A stretch of 64,000 nt of DNA from Deltaproteobacteria bacterium (GCA_947475005.1 CANJLI010000005.1:5858-69857), one strand, 5' to 3'. Numbered from the stretch's first letter, positions 1 through 7,992 are shown. The notes: generated by a model from the letters alone, not told the origin. Made by a program: numbers and translations.

Positions 1-35
1 TGAAAAAACAGCATTTTTTTCCAGTTTGCCTCTCA
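1..35. repeat. 35-bp direct repeat, copy 1 (may extend left of the window)
   Basis: tgaaaaaacagcatttttttccagtttgcctctca is identical to 2912-2946. Confidence 0.9.
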
Positions 36-45
36 TACAAACTTC

Positions 46-2511
46 ATGATAAAGGACATTCTCATTATGCAAACCTACGTTGTCTTTTTATTTCTCCTCC
101 TTAGCACAAGCCTTCATGCTTTCATTCCTAAAGAAGAGCTGAAAAACCTGAATCTCACTACGGACGATGATCTTAACCCCTTAAACGGGATACCTTGGGC
201 AGAAGGAATTCTCGAAAATTACGGCGAGCTAGCGGAGTATGAGGACCCTGTTCGTCAGCTCGTCCTCCTTCTTTTTCATCGCACGGGAACTTTTGATCCA
301 TCTACGCGCAATCACTTCGCCAAGGATGCAACTCCACGTGAGATTGGCGAGCTCATGGGGCAAATGAAATCCGGGCAATTTAAAGAAAAAGGCTCTAAAG
401 GTGATATAGGGAGTGCTCTTAAAGCTTTAAAAGTCAATAACATTTATAATCCTCTAGCCTACAGAGTCCTGAGCACCTTGCTTTATTACAAGGCACCCTC
501 ACGCGAAGATTATAAATATTTCTATGAGGGCCTTCAAGAGACTTACCCAAAAGGGATAGACATACCTAAAGACTGGAGGGCCTGGCTTGAAGAAAAATTT
601 ACCGCTGAAGTAGGCAGAGCCCCAAATCCTCCTGATATAGATAAGGACTATGATGCCTATTTATTTTGGGTTTTGTCTAGAAGATCTGAAGCACCGCCCC
701 TTCAGCTTCAAGGAACTTCTAAAAGCAAGGCTGGGGCTTTTGCCGATTGCGGGGAAACCTCTTTACGTAATTTTCTAAAACTTATTTTAGATCATAATGG
801 TGAGTACAATGTGAAAGTTCTTGAAGAACTTGGCGCAGATAGTGAGCTGCTCGCCTTTTTTACAGAATTTAAAACGAGAGCCGATCAAGAGAATGTTGCC
901 GCAAGAGATGCTTGGTCTAACCTCACGGTGGGCCACCCAGAAGTTCGTTATGTAAAGGATAAATACGAATTAAACGCTGGCGCTGACAATATGCTAACTC
1001 TCTTGAAAAGACTTCTTCCTAAGCTGAACGATGCAAAGGATTGGGAAAGCACTTTTAGATTCATCGAAGAAGCTAGAAAGAAATCTGGACTTGGGGATTT
1101 TAATTTAACGGAAGTAAAATTAGCGAACCATCTTGGCGACTTGATTTTCTCTGTCGCTAACTTAGGTAGATTTGTTTGGCACTTTCAAAGTGGGCATTTT
1201 TATATCGCACCTCTTCCTGCTGAAACACTAGGAGAATACCCGTTTGCAGAGAGAGAAGATAAGCGATCTAAAGACGCGGCTATCTTCTATCCGATGAGCG
1301 CCACCCAAGAGGGAGATAGGTTCCTTTATACAACTCTGAGAAATAACGAAAATATTGAAAAGCTAATAGAAGAGGCGAAGAGGCGAAGAGGCGAAGAAGA
1401 CCTACCTCTAAGTGCAGCAGTGGGTTTATTGAACCGTCTTTCGACTGAAGATGCAAGGCGAAGGATATTTCCTACCGTTGTGGATACATTTACCTTGAAA
1501 AGACTTCTCGAAGATAAGCATTTAACTCTATATAAAGAGCATCTCTTTGGCCTTATAAAGACAGGTAGATTTGGACCAGCTCAAATTTTAGGTGCAAATA
1601 GCCGATTTATAGAAAAATTTGGTTTCTACTTGCCCGGCCACGGGCCGACCATCTGTGCACTGGCCCTAAGCCCGGACGGGGGGACACTTTATTCAACCTC
1701 TTGTGATAATACCATTCGCATCTGGGATCTTAAAACCGGGCAGGCGACGAAAGTCCTCTCCGGCCACGGGGACGGAATCTATGTACCGGTCCTAAGCCCG
1801 GACGGGGGCACACTTTATTCAGGCTCTAGTGATAATACCATTCACATCTGGGATCTTAAAACCGGGCAGGCGACGAAAGTCCTCTCCGACCACTGGGACG
1901 CCGTCATTGCACTGGCCCTAAGCCCGGACGGGGGCACACTTTATTCAGGCTCTGGTGATAAGACCATTCGCATCTGGGATCTTAAAACCGGGCAGGAGCC
2001 GAAAGTCCTCGCCGGCCACAGGGAGAGCGTCAATGCACTGGCCCTAAGCCCGCACGGGAGCACGCTTTATTCAGGCTCTATTGATGGGAGCATTCGCATC
2101 TGGGATCTTAAAAGCGGGCAGGCGCCGAAAGTCCTCTCCAGCCACTGGTCCGCCGTCTATGCACTGGCCCTAAGCCCCGACGGGAGCACGCTTTATTCAG
2201 GCTCTCGTGATAAGGCCATTCACATCTGGGATCTTAAAACCAGGCAGGCGACGAAAGTCCTCTCCGGCCACGGGGGCGATGTCTTTGCACTGGCCCTAAG
2301 CCCGGACGGGGGCACACTTTATTCAGGCTCTGATGATAGGACCATTCGCATCTGGGATCTTAAAACCGGGCAGGAGCTGAAAGTCCTCTCCGGCCACGGG
2401 GCCGCCGTCAAGGAACTGGCCCTAAGCCCGGACGGGGGCACACTTTATTCAGGCTCTTATGATAATACCATTCGCATCTGGGATCTTAAAAAAGAATTAA
2501 GGTCTCATTAA
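46..2511 (+). CDS. Secreted WD40-repeat protein: signal peptide, ~500-aa N-terminal region of unknown function, C-terminal 7-bladed WD40 propeller
   Basis: 821-aa ORF. Hydrophobic N-terminus (VVFLFLLLSTSLHA). Seven 42-aa units, each GH..(A)LALSPDGxTLYSGSxDxTIRIWDLK, the classic WD40 GH/WD signature. Confidence 0.85.
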   Translation: MIKDILIMQTYVVFLFLLLSTSLHAFIPKEELKNLNLTTDDDLNPLNGIPWAEGILENYGELAEYEDPVRQLVLLLFHRTGTFDPSTRNHFAKDATPREIGELMGQMKSGQFKEKGSKGDIGSALKALKVNNIYNPLAYRVLSTLLYYKAPSREDYKYFYEGLQETYPKGIDIPKDWRAWLEEKFTAEVGRAPNPPDIDKDYDAYLFWVLSRRSEAPPLQLQGTSKSKAGAFADCGETSLRNFLKLILDHNGEYNVKVLEELGADSELLAFFTEFKTRADQENVAARDAWSNLTVGHPEVRYVKDKYELNAGADNMLTLLKRLLPKLNDAKDWESTFRFIEEARKKSGLGDFNLTEVKLANHLGDLIFSVANLGRFVWHFQSGHFYIAPLPAETLGEYPFAEREDKRSKDAAIFYPMSATQEGDRFLYTTLRNNENIEKLIEEAKRRRGEEDLPLSAAVGLLNRLSTEDARRRIFPTVVDTFTLKRLLEDKHLTLYKEHLFGLIKTGRFGPAQILGANSRFIEKFGFYLPGHGPTICALALSPDGGTLYSTSCDNTIRIWDLKTGQATKVLSGHGDGIYVPVLSPDGGTLYSGSSDNTIHIWDLKTGQATKVLSDHWDAVIALALSPDGGTLYSGSGDKTIRIWDLKTGQEPKVLAGHRESVNALALSPHGSTLYSGSIDGSIRIWDLKSGQAPKVLSSHWSAVYALALSPDGSTLYSGSRDKAIHIWDLKTRQATKVLSGHGGDVFALALSPDGGTLYSGSDDRTIRIWDLKTGQELKVLSGHGAAVKELALSPDGGTLYSGSYDNTIRIWDLKKELRSH
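1636..2487. repeat. Seven tandem 126-bp units (one per WD40 blade) with long identical nucleotide runs
   Basis: Strings such as ctggccctaagcccggacgggggcacactttattcaggctct and accattcgcatctggga tcttaaaaccgggcagg recur every 126 bp. Units start at 1636, 1762 ... 2392. Confidence 0.9.
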
Positions 2512-2583
2512 CAAGGGCTCACTTCTGCCCACCGCTTCAGCCAGCACACCTGAGATTCCCCACAAAAAACGGACAGTTGATTT

Positions 2584-2656
2584 AGAAGCTGTCTGAAGTC
2601 TCCAGTTGGAGTCTTTGCATGCAGGGGACACCCTCTGGAGACTTCAGACAGCTTCT
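2584..2656. repeat. Perfect 22-bp inverted repeat (stem-loop) downstream of the WD40 gene
   Basis: agaagctgtctgaagtctccag (2584-2605) pairs with ctggagacttcagacagcttct (2635-2656), leaving a 29-nt loop. No U-tract follows. Confidence 0.8.
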
Positions 2657-2754
2657 TAAAGTGGAGCTTGCCGCCTGATATCGCCATCCACTAAATTTGA
2701 CAATATCTCCCAAAAAATACGCTATAATTGTCACACAAACTTCATACAAACTTC

Positions 2755-2786
2755 AGAGGCAAACTGGAAAAGAACACTGATTTTTC
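2755..2786. repeat. Imperfect inverted copy of the 35-bp repeat
   Basis: The reverse complement reads gaaaaatcagtgttcttttccagtttgcctct, against gaaaaaacagcatttttttccagtttgcctct. Confidence 0.7.
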
Positions 2787-2803
2787 GAGCAATCTATCTG
2801 TAT

Positions 2804-2894
2804 CCGTCATCCCCAGCGCCTGAAGGGCGCGTCGGGGATCCCCCTCGATCGTGGGAGATGCCCATACGGCCGAGAGGCGGCCTGGGCATGACGG
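2804..2894. repeat. Divergent copy of the REPIN-like double-hairpin element
   Basis: ccgtcATCCCCaGCGCCtgaagGGCGCgtcGGGGATc ... GCCCAtacGGCCGagagGCGGCCTGGGCatgacgg. Same ccgtcat/atgacgg ends and same fold as the other copies, but the stem sequences differ. Confidence 0.7.
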
Positions 2895-2911
2895 ATCTTA
2901 TGCAGAACGGT

Positions 2912-2946
2912 TGAAAAAACAGCATTTTTTTCCAGTTTGCCTCTCA
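2912..2946. repeat. 35-bp direct repeat, copy 2
   Basis: Identical to positions 1-35. Lies just 3' of the convergent bestrophin-like gene. Confidence 0.9.
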
Positions 2947-2959
2947 CTGCAATTCTCCT

Positions 2960-3937
2960 CTACAGCTTAGCAAGGCCCAGGACGTTATTTGAAATTGTTT
3001 TACAAATAACGTCCAATGGGAGATGGCTGAGGTTTCGCGGTGAAAATGGGTTTTGTAGTTCTGCACCTATCTCATCTAGAGAAAATAGCGGGTAAGACGC
3101 CAAAGCTACAATTAGTGGAGTTAACCATCCAGTTCTATCAACCAATGCGAATGGCAAGAGAAGTAAAAATAGTAAAATGAATCGCCTTGTTTTAATTGCC
3201 AGTACGAGTGGCATCCGCGTATTGCGGATGCGCTCACACGCACCAATTGCATCGATCAATTGAGAACGCTCTGTTTCAGCTCGTTGAAATGCATATGGGT
3301 CCATCCCACTCATTCTTAGTAAATGAAGCATCGATATGATTTTGTGGGCCACATACATTGACATATTTTCCGATTTTCTAATTTTTTCAGCTTCTTCCTC
3401 TCCTAGCAATGCACTGACTTCTTGCAACTTTAATTCGTTACGCAAAGATTCACGCATGACGTGGGGCCACGCTGCAATCCACTTGAGTAGTGTTTGCCTG
3501 ATGTCGTCGCTTTGCTCGCCATACCCATAAATCACTAAAGCCAGATTGCGACTTTGGTTTACAATTGCGCCCCAAATTTTTCGAGCCTCCCACCACCGGT
3601 CGTGCCCGGCATTCACCCGCAGGACAAGAATCAAAGCTAGAACTGCACCCGAGTATTCGAATGGAGTAATAGACAAAGAAAATCCAGGAAACAAAGGCTC
3701 AATGTAATAAATCGCAAGCGCATATAGAGCGGCAACCATAACGCGTGGCAAAACTCTCGGAGTGACAGAGCCTTGCCATGATAGGGCGCTTGCCAGAAAT
3801 GACTTTGACTCAGGCATATTAACGCGCTTGTTTTGCTCCAAATCAACGACAGGAGCCTGAAGCTTTACTTCAGCATAGTCTGATCGTTTCGAAGAAAAAT
3901 CGACGAGATTTTGGCTAAATGGCAAATCTTGAGACAT
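2960..3937 (-). CDS. Bestrophin-family (UPF0187/YneE-like) anion channel homologue
   Basis: 325-aa ORF with TM segments and the family-typical stretch NAGHDRWWEARKIWGAIVNQSRNLA. Confidence 0.75.
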   Translation of the reverse strand: MSQDLPFSQNLVDFSSKRSDYAEVKLQAPVVDLEQNKRVNMPESKSFLASALSWQGSVTPRVLPRVMVAALYALAIYYIEPLFPGFSLSITPFEYSGAVLALILVLRVNAGHDRWWEARKIWGAIVNQSRNLALVIYGYGEQSDDIRQTLLKWIAAWPHVMRESLRNELKLQEVSALLGEEEAEKIRKSENMSMYVAHKIISMLHLLRMSGMDPYAFQRAETERSQLIDAIGACERIRNTRMPLVLAIKTRRFILLFLLLLPFALVDRTGWLTPLIVALASYPLFSLDEIGAELQNPFSPRNLSHLPLDVICKTISNNVLGLAKL

Positions 3938-4565
3938 CTTTTTCGCTCTCCTCTCTTACTTCGATAGACGGAAGGTATCTTTGTAGTTTTGGGTCATAAA
4001 CAGCTATCGAACCGGTTTCAAAACTGTAGACCCAAGCAAAGATACGCGTTCGTCCTAAGCTTAATGATGCAGATACAGATGGGTGTGTTTTTAAGTTTTC
4101 AGCCTGAACAAGGACGTTTTCTTCCACCACATGATGAAGTTCAAAATCATTATATTTAGTCTCCATACGTTTCTTGGTTGATTGAGCGTGTCCTAGCCAT
4201 TTTTTTACGGAAGGAAGAGCATCGAGATTGGCTTTTCCTGTAAGCGCAGCCATTGCACCACAATGTGAATGTCCACAGATCACGATATTGCTGACCCCAA
4301 GACCCTCAATAGCAAACTCAATAGCCGCTTCTTCTCCTCCTCCTCTGGAAGCCCCGAAGGGCGGAACGATATTACCTGCATTCCTCACGACGAAAAGCTC
4401 CCCAGGATTGGTTTGCGTCACTAAGTTAGGGTCTATCCTTGAGTCCGAGCAGGTAATCAATAAGGTATGAGGCTTTTGCCCTTGAGAAAGAGATTCGAAT
4501 AGCTTCTGCTGTTGGGGGAAAACATGCTCGCTAAACTTTCTCAGTCCAGGAAGTAAATTGTTCAT
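3915..4565 (-). CDS. Beta-class carbonic anhydrase
   Basis: Zn-ligand motifs CSDSRIDP and GHSHCGAM. 216 aa. Its 3' end overlaps the start of the bestrophin-like ORF by 23 nt. Confidence 0.9.
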   Translation of the reverse strand: MNNLLPGLRKFSEHVFPQQQKLFESLSQGQKPHTLLITCSDSRIDPNLVTQTNPGELFVVRNAGNIVPPFGASRGGGEEAAIEFAIEGLGVSNIVICGHSHCGAMAALTGKANLDALPSVKKWLGHAQSTKKRMETKYNDFELHHVVEENVLVQAENLKTHPSVSASLSLGRTRIFAWVYSFETGSIAVYDPKLQRYLPSIEVREESEKDVSRFAI

Positions 4566-4641
4566 GCCTTTTTCCTTCTTCTAGGTTGGTACGCGGTCTA
4601 TGAGGCCAAAATCCCCACTAATTCTAGTATCGGGCAAGATT

Positions 4642-4658
4642 CTATTTTGTTAAAATAG
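4642..4658. promoter_or_regulatory. Candidate LysR-type operator (palindrome) in the divergent promoter region
   Basis: CTATTTTgttAAAATAG is a perfect 7-bp inverted repeat in T-N11-A style. It lies between the carbonic anhydrase start (4565) and the LysR start (4705). Confidence 0.45.
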
Positions 4659-4704
4659 ATAAATCAGAACTTTTACTTCGTTTAAAACAAAGCAAGGAGA
4701 TATT

Positions 4705-5592
4705 GTGCAGCGGCCCTGGCTCAACTATCACCATTTGCTCTACTTCAAAGTGATTGCAATGGAGGGTGGGATTGCAAATGCAGCTAAGAAACTCCGTCTC
4801 GGGCAACCGACTCTCTCCACACAAATGAAGCAATTTGAGGAGACACTGGGTCATATCCTATTTGATCGCACGAAACGACAGATGCAACTTACAGACGCTG
4901 GTCGGCTTGTCTTAGGATATGCCTCCGAGATTTTTAAGTTGGGCGACGAAATGATCGACTCTCTTTTTGATCAACACTCCACCACAAAAATTCAAGTTCA
5001 AATTGGCGCTATAGATACAGTTCCAAAGCATATGACCTTAAGGATTTTCCATAAGGCCCAAGAAGCCTATGACTGTGTTGTCTCAATCACAGAAGGGCAT
5101 GGTGACGAATTATTGCGCGAATTACGTGCTCACCGGATTGATCTTGTGGTTTCGAATTATCCACCACCCATAGGTAGTGCCTCAGGATTCTACGCAAAGA
5201 GCATCGCGAAGATGCAAATCGTCATCTGTGGTGGATCCAAATTTGCAAATTTGAAACGAGGATTTCCAGAATCTTTAAATGGGCAACCTTTTATTTTTCC
5301 TACCCTTCAAAGTAAGCTACGTCACGATCTAGAACACTACCTGAAGCTACGCGAAATCCACGTTCAGACCAAAGCTGAAGTGCAAGATATTAGCTTGCAA
5401 AAGTTGATGGGAACCCATGGCGATGGACTCATTGCCATCCCGTTACCCGCTGCTGAGGAGCTAATCGCTAGTAAGGAATTGTCGTTGATAGGTCCTTTGC
5501 AGGATATACATGAAGAACTCTGGCTGGTTGCTGCGCAGAGAAGAATTCAAAACCCTGTTGCAGCAGCAATAATGAAGGATTTCAAGCTATAG
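4705..5592 (+). CDS. LysR-family transcriptional regulator (NhaR-like subgroup)
   Basis: N-terminal wHTH LNYHHLLYFKVIAMEGGIANAAKKLRLGQPTLSTQMKQFEETLG. GTG start preceded by aaggaga. Confidence 0.85.
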   Translation: MQRPWLNYHHLLYFKVIAMEGGIANAAKKLRLGQPTLSTQMKQFEETLGHILFDRTKRQMQLTDAGRLVLGYASEIFKLGDEMIDSLFDQHSTTKIQVQIGAIDTVPKHMTLRIFHKAQEAYDCVVSITEGHGDELLRELRAHRIDLVVSNYPPPIGSASGFYAKSIAKMQIVICGGSKFANLKRGFPESLNGQPFIFPTLQSKLRHDLEHYLKLREIHVQTKAEVQDISLQKLMGTHGDGLIAIPLPAAEELIASKELSLIGPLQDIHEELWLVAAQRRIQNPVAAAIMKDFKL

Positions 5593-5861
5593 AAGGGGTC
5601 TTGTCATATCATGGCTCGGTTACGTTGGTTTCTAGTTATCTACAAAATCTACACTTTCGATTAAACGAATTAAAATATATCTTTTATTTATTTTAATAAT
5701 ATTAATTATCGACCGATACTACAAATACGAGACGAAGTTTCCTACTGATTAATTTTGAATAGGAGTGGTGAAATGATCTTCAGTCACGAGAACATTTTTC
5801 TTACCTTAACTGCGGCAGTCGGTTTAATAACTTGTAGTTATCACCTAAACTCGGTCCGTAT

Positions 5862-6938
5862 ATGCTCATACCTAGTCAGATTACCGATTCACAGAAGGAA
5901 GTAGTTATGTCAGACGTCCTCCTTTTTCCTTTTGCAGCAACTTGGTGGATTTATCTCGGGTTTACATCTTTTGTAATCATGATGCTCCTTTTAGACTTAG
6001 GGGTTTTTCATAAAAAGGCGCATGTTGTTTCAATTAAGGAATCAGCAATCTGGAGCGGGATATGGTTTACTCTAGCACTTATTTTTAACGCTGGATTTTA
6101 CTATTATGCGCTTTCAACGTTTCCAATCGATCCAAGACTCAACGCAGTACCCGGTTTTGATGCAGTTGTAGCAGCTAAGCAAGTCGGCCTGGAATTCCTG
6201 ACTGGATTTATTATCGAAAAATCACTTGCCATCGATAACATTTTTGTATTCGTAGTAGTGTTCTCCTATTTTGCAGTTCCGGCCATTTACCAACACAGAA
6301 TATTATTTTTTGGCATTATTGGAGCACTCATTTTTCGGGCTATATTTATTGCCCTAGGGGCGTCGTTACTTCAATACCACTGGGTGGTTCTACTCGCTGG
6401 AGGTTTCCTTATAATTACGGGTATTAAAATTCTTGTTGCGCCAGAGGCGGTTCCTGACCCAGGATCAAACCCATTAATCAAATTAGTAAAGAGGTTTTTT
6501 GCTGTTACGCCAGCAATTCATGGGCAGAATTTTTTTATTCGAAAAAATGGTGTTTTATATGCGACGCCTCTTTTCTTGGCATTAGTTTTCATAGAGTTTT
6601 CCGACATCATTTTTGCAATAGACTCCGTACCAGCAATTTTCGCGATCACTAAAGAGCCATTAATCGTCTTTACATCAAATATCTTTGCGATTCTTGGTTT
6701 GCGTTCGCTCTACTTTCTCCTGGCGGGAGTCGTCGATAAGTTCCGTTTTTTAAAGTATGGCTTGGGCCTCATACTGATTTTTGTTGGCCTGAAGATGACT
6801 TGGTTAAACGAAATATTCGGAGGAAAGTTTCCAGTGCTATGGTCTCTAGGAGTCATTGGTATTATTCTTCTTGGGTCTATTGTTATATCTCTCGTCGTTA
6901 AACCAAAAATAGATTTAAACCCATCCTCCAAAAAGTAA
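5862..6938 (+). CDS. TerC/Alx-family integral membrane protein (probable true start ATG 5907)
   Basis: Multi-TM ORF with the TerC hallmark EKSLAIDNIFVF. gaaggaag lies 5 nt before ATG 5907 (MSDVLLF...). Confidence 0.85.
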   Translation: MLIPSQITDSQKEVVMSDVLLFPFAATWWIYLGFTSFVIMMLLLDLGVFHKKAHVVSIKESAIWSGIWFTLALIFNAGFYYYALSTFPIDPRLNAVPGFDAVVAAKQVGLEFLTGFIIEKSLAIDNIFVFVVVFSYFAVPAIYQHRILFFGIIGALIFRAIFIALGASLLQYHWVVLLAGGFLIITGIKILVAPEAVPDPGSNPLIKLVKRFFAVTPAIHGQNFFIRKNGVLYATPLFLALVFIEFSDIIFAIDSVPAIFAITKEPLIVFTSNIFAILGLRSLYFLLAGVVDKFRFLKYGLGLILIFVGLKMTWLNEIFGGKFPVLWSLGVIGIILLGSIVISLVVKPKIDLNPSSKK

Positions 6939-6962
6939 ACATAACCACAAGGGAAACATGCA

Positions 6963-7808
6963 TTGATTAAATGGATTGAAATACTTAGCACTAGCCGGAA
7001 AGAATTAGATGCTATTGGAGAAAAATATAGTATTCATCCGCTAGCTCTTGAAGATTGTGAGCATCGCGATCAACGACCAAAGCTTGATGACTACAATACG
7101 CATCAACTTTTAGTTTGGTTTATGCTTGCTAACGCTCGCATTTACGAACTTCAGATCTTGATTTTTCCAGACGCACTGATTGTAGTCCCTCATGAGCCTC
7201 CACCAGAGATGAAAAAGTGGTGCGAATACTTAAAAGTATCCGAGCAACATAAAGACGTTTGGCACATGATTTACCAAACGTTGGACAAACTTACAGACAT
7301 AACATTTGATGAAATTAGACAGTTGATGAACGAGGTAGATCAATTTGAACAGGACCTTTTCATAAAAGAAATTAATCTTCAGTCCATACTTCTCGTAAAG
7401 AAGAAGTTGAACGAAGCTGATGCTTCAGTCGGACATCTTTCATCTGTTGCAAATCAATTGATGAATCTATGCAAACCAGTTGATGACCTAAAATGGAAAC
7501 TCCGAGATCTATATGATCATTGCGAAAGATTGAGTCGAAATATTGCACTGTACAGATCTCAAGTAGTTACTGTGATTGATTTGTACTGGGGAATGCAGGC
7601 AAATCGCACCAATCGTCAAATAAAAAATCTAACAATGCTTGCAAGCATATCAATGCCCCTCACGTTTTGGTCTTCGTTTTGGGGAATGAACTTTGACTTT
7701 ATTCCTTTCGCGAGGTCCGAACTATTTTTTGTAGCACTAGGGATTATGGGTTTATCAATTTCGATCACATCTTGGTTGTTAGTACGAAAAGGCTATTGGT
7801 CGGATTAA
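6963..7808 (+). CDS. CorA-like divalent-cation transporter (short form)
   Basis: C-terminal two TM segments with the GMNF motif (FWGMNFDFIPF). Non-ATG start as given in the ORF track. Confidence 0.75.
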   Translation: MIKWIEILSTSRKELDAIGEKYSIHPLALEDCEHRDQRPKLDDYNTHQLLVWFMLANARIYELQILIFPDALIVVPHEPPPEMKKWCEYLKVSEQHKDVWHMIYQTLDKLTDITFDEIRQLMNEVDQFEQDLFIKEINLQSILLVKKKLNEADASVGHLSSVANQLMNLCKPVDDLKWKLRDLYDHCERLSRNIALYRSQVVTVIDLYWGMQANRTNRQIKNLTMLASISMPLTFWSSFWGMNFDFIPFARSELFFVALGIMGLSISITSWLLVRKGYWSD

Positions 7809-7823
7809 CTTGATACAAATATT

Positions 7824-7955
7824 CTGGCTCGTGATTTCGAACCCGAGCCTCCCAATAAAAGCTGGGCTGGGGACATCACGTATATCTGGAATCGAGAGGG
7901 TTGGTTGTATTTAGGTGTGATTTTGGACCTGTATTCACGCAAGGTAGCGTGTTAT
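7824..7955 (+). pseudogene. IS3-family transposase (OrfB/integrase core) remnant, ~43 codons
   Basis: Translates to LARDFEPEPPNKSWAGDITYIWNREGWLYLGVILDLYSRKVAC. This matches the conserved IS3 OrfB block (..PN..W.TDITYI....GWLYLAVVLDLFSRKVVGW). No start codon and no remainder of the gene. Confidence 0.75.
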
Positions 7956-7992
7956 GTACAGCAGATTGAGTGCCAGATCAAGAAAGGCAAAT

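Noticed and set aside
5593-5861. yybP-ykoY (Mn2+) riboswitch upstream of the TerC-family gene
   Set aside because: I could not find the conserved GGGGAGUAG / UUGACA / GAGACC blocks. The leader is mostly AT-rich low-complexity sequence. A covariance-model search is still advisable.
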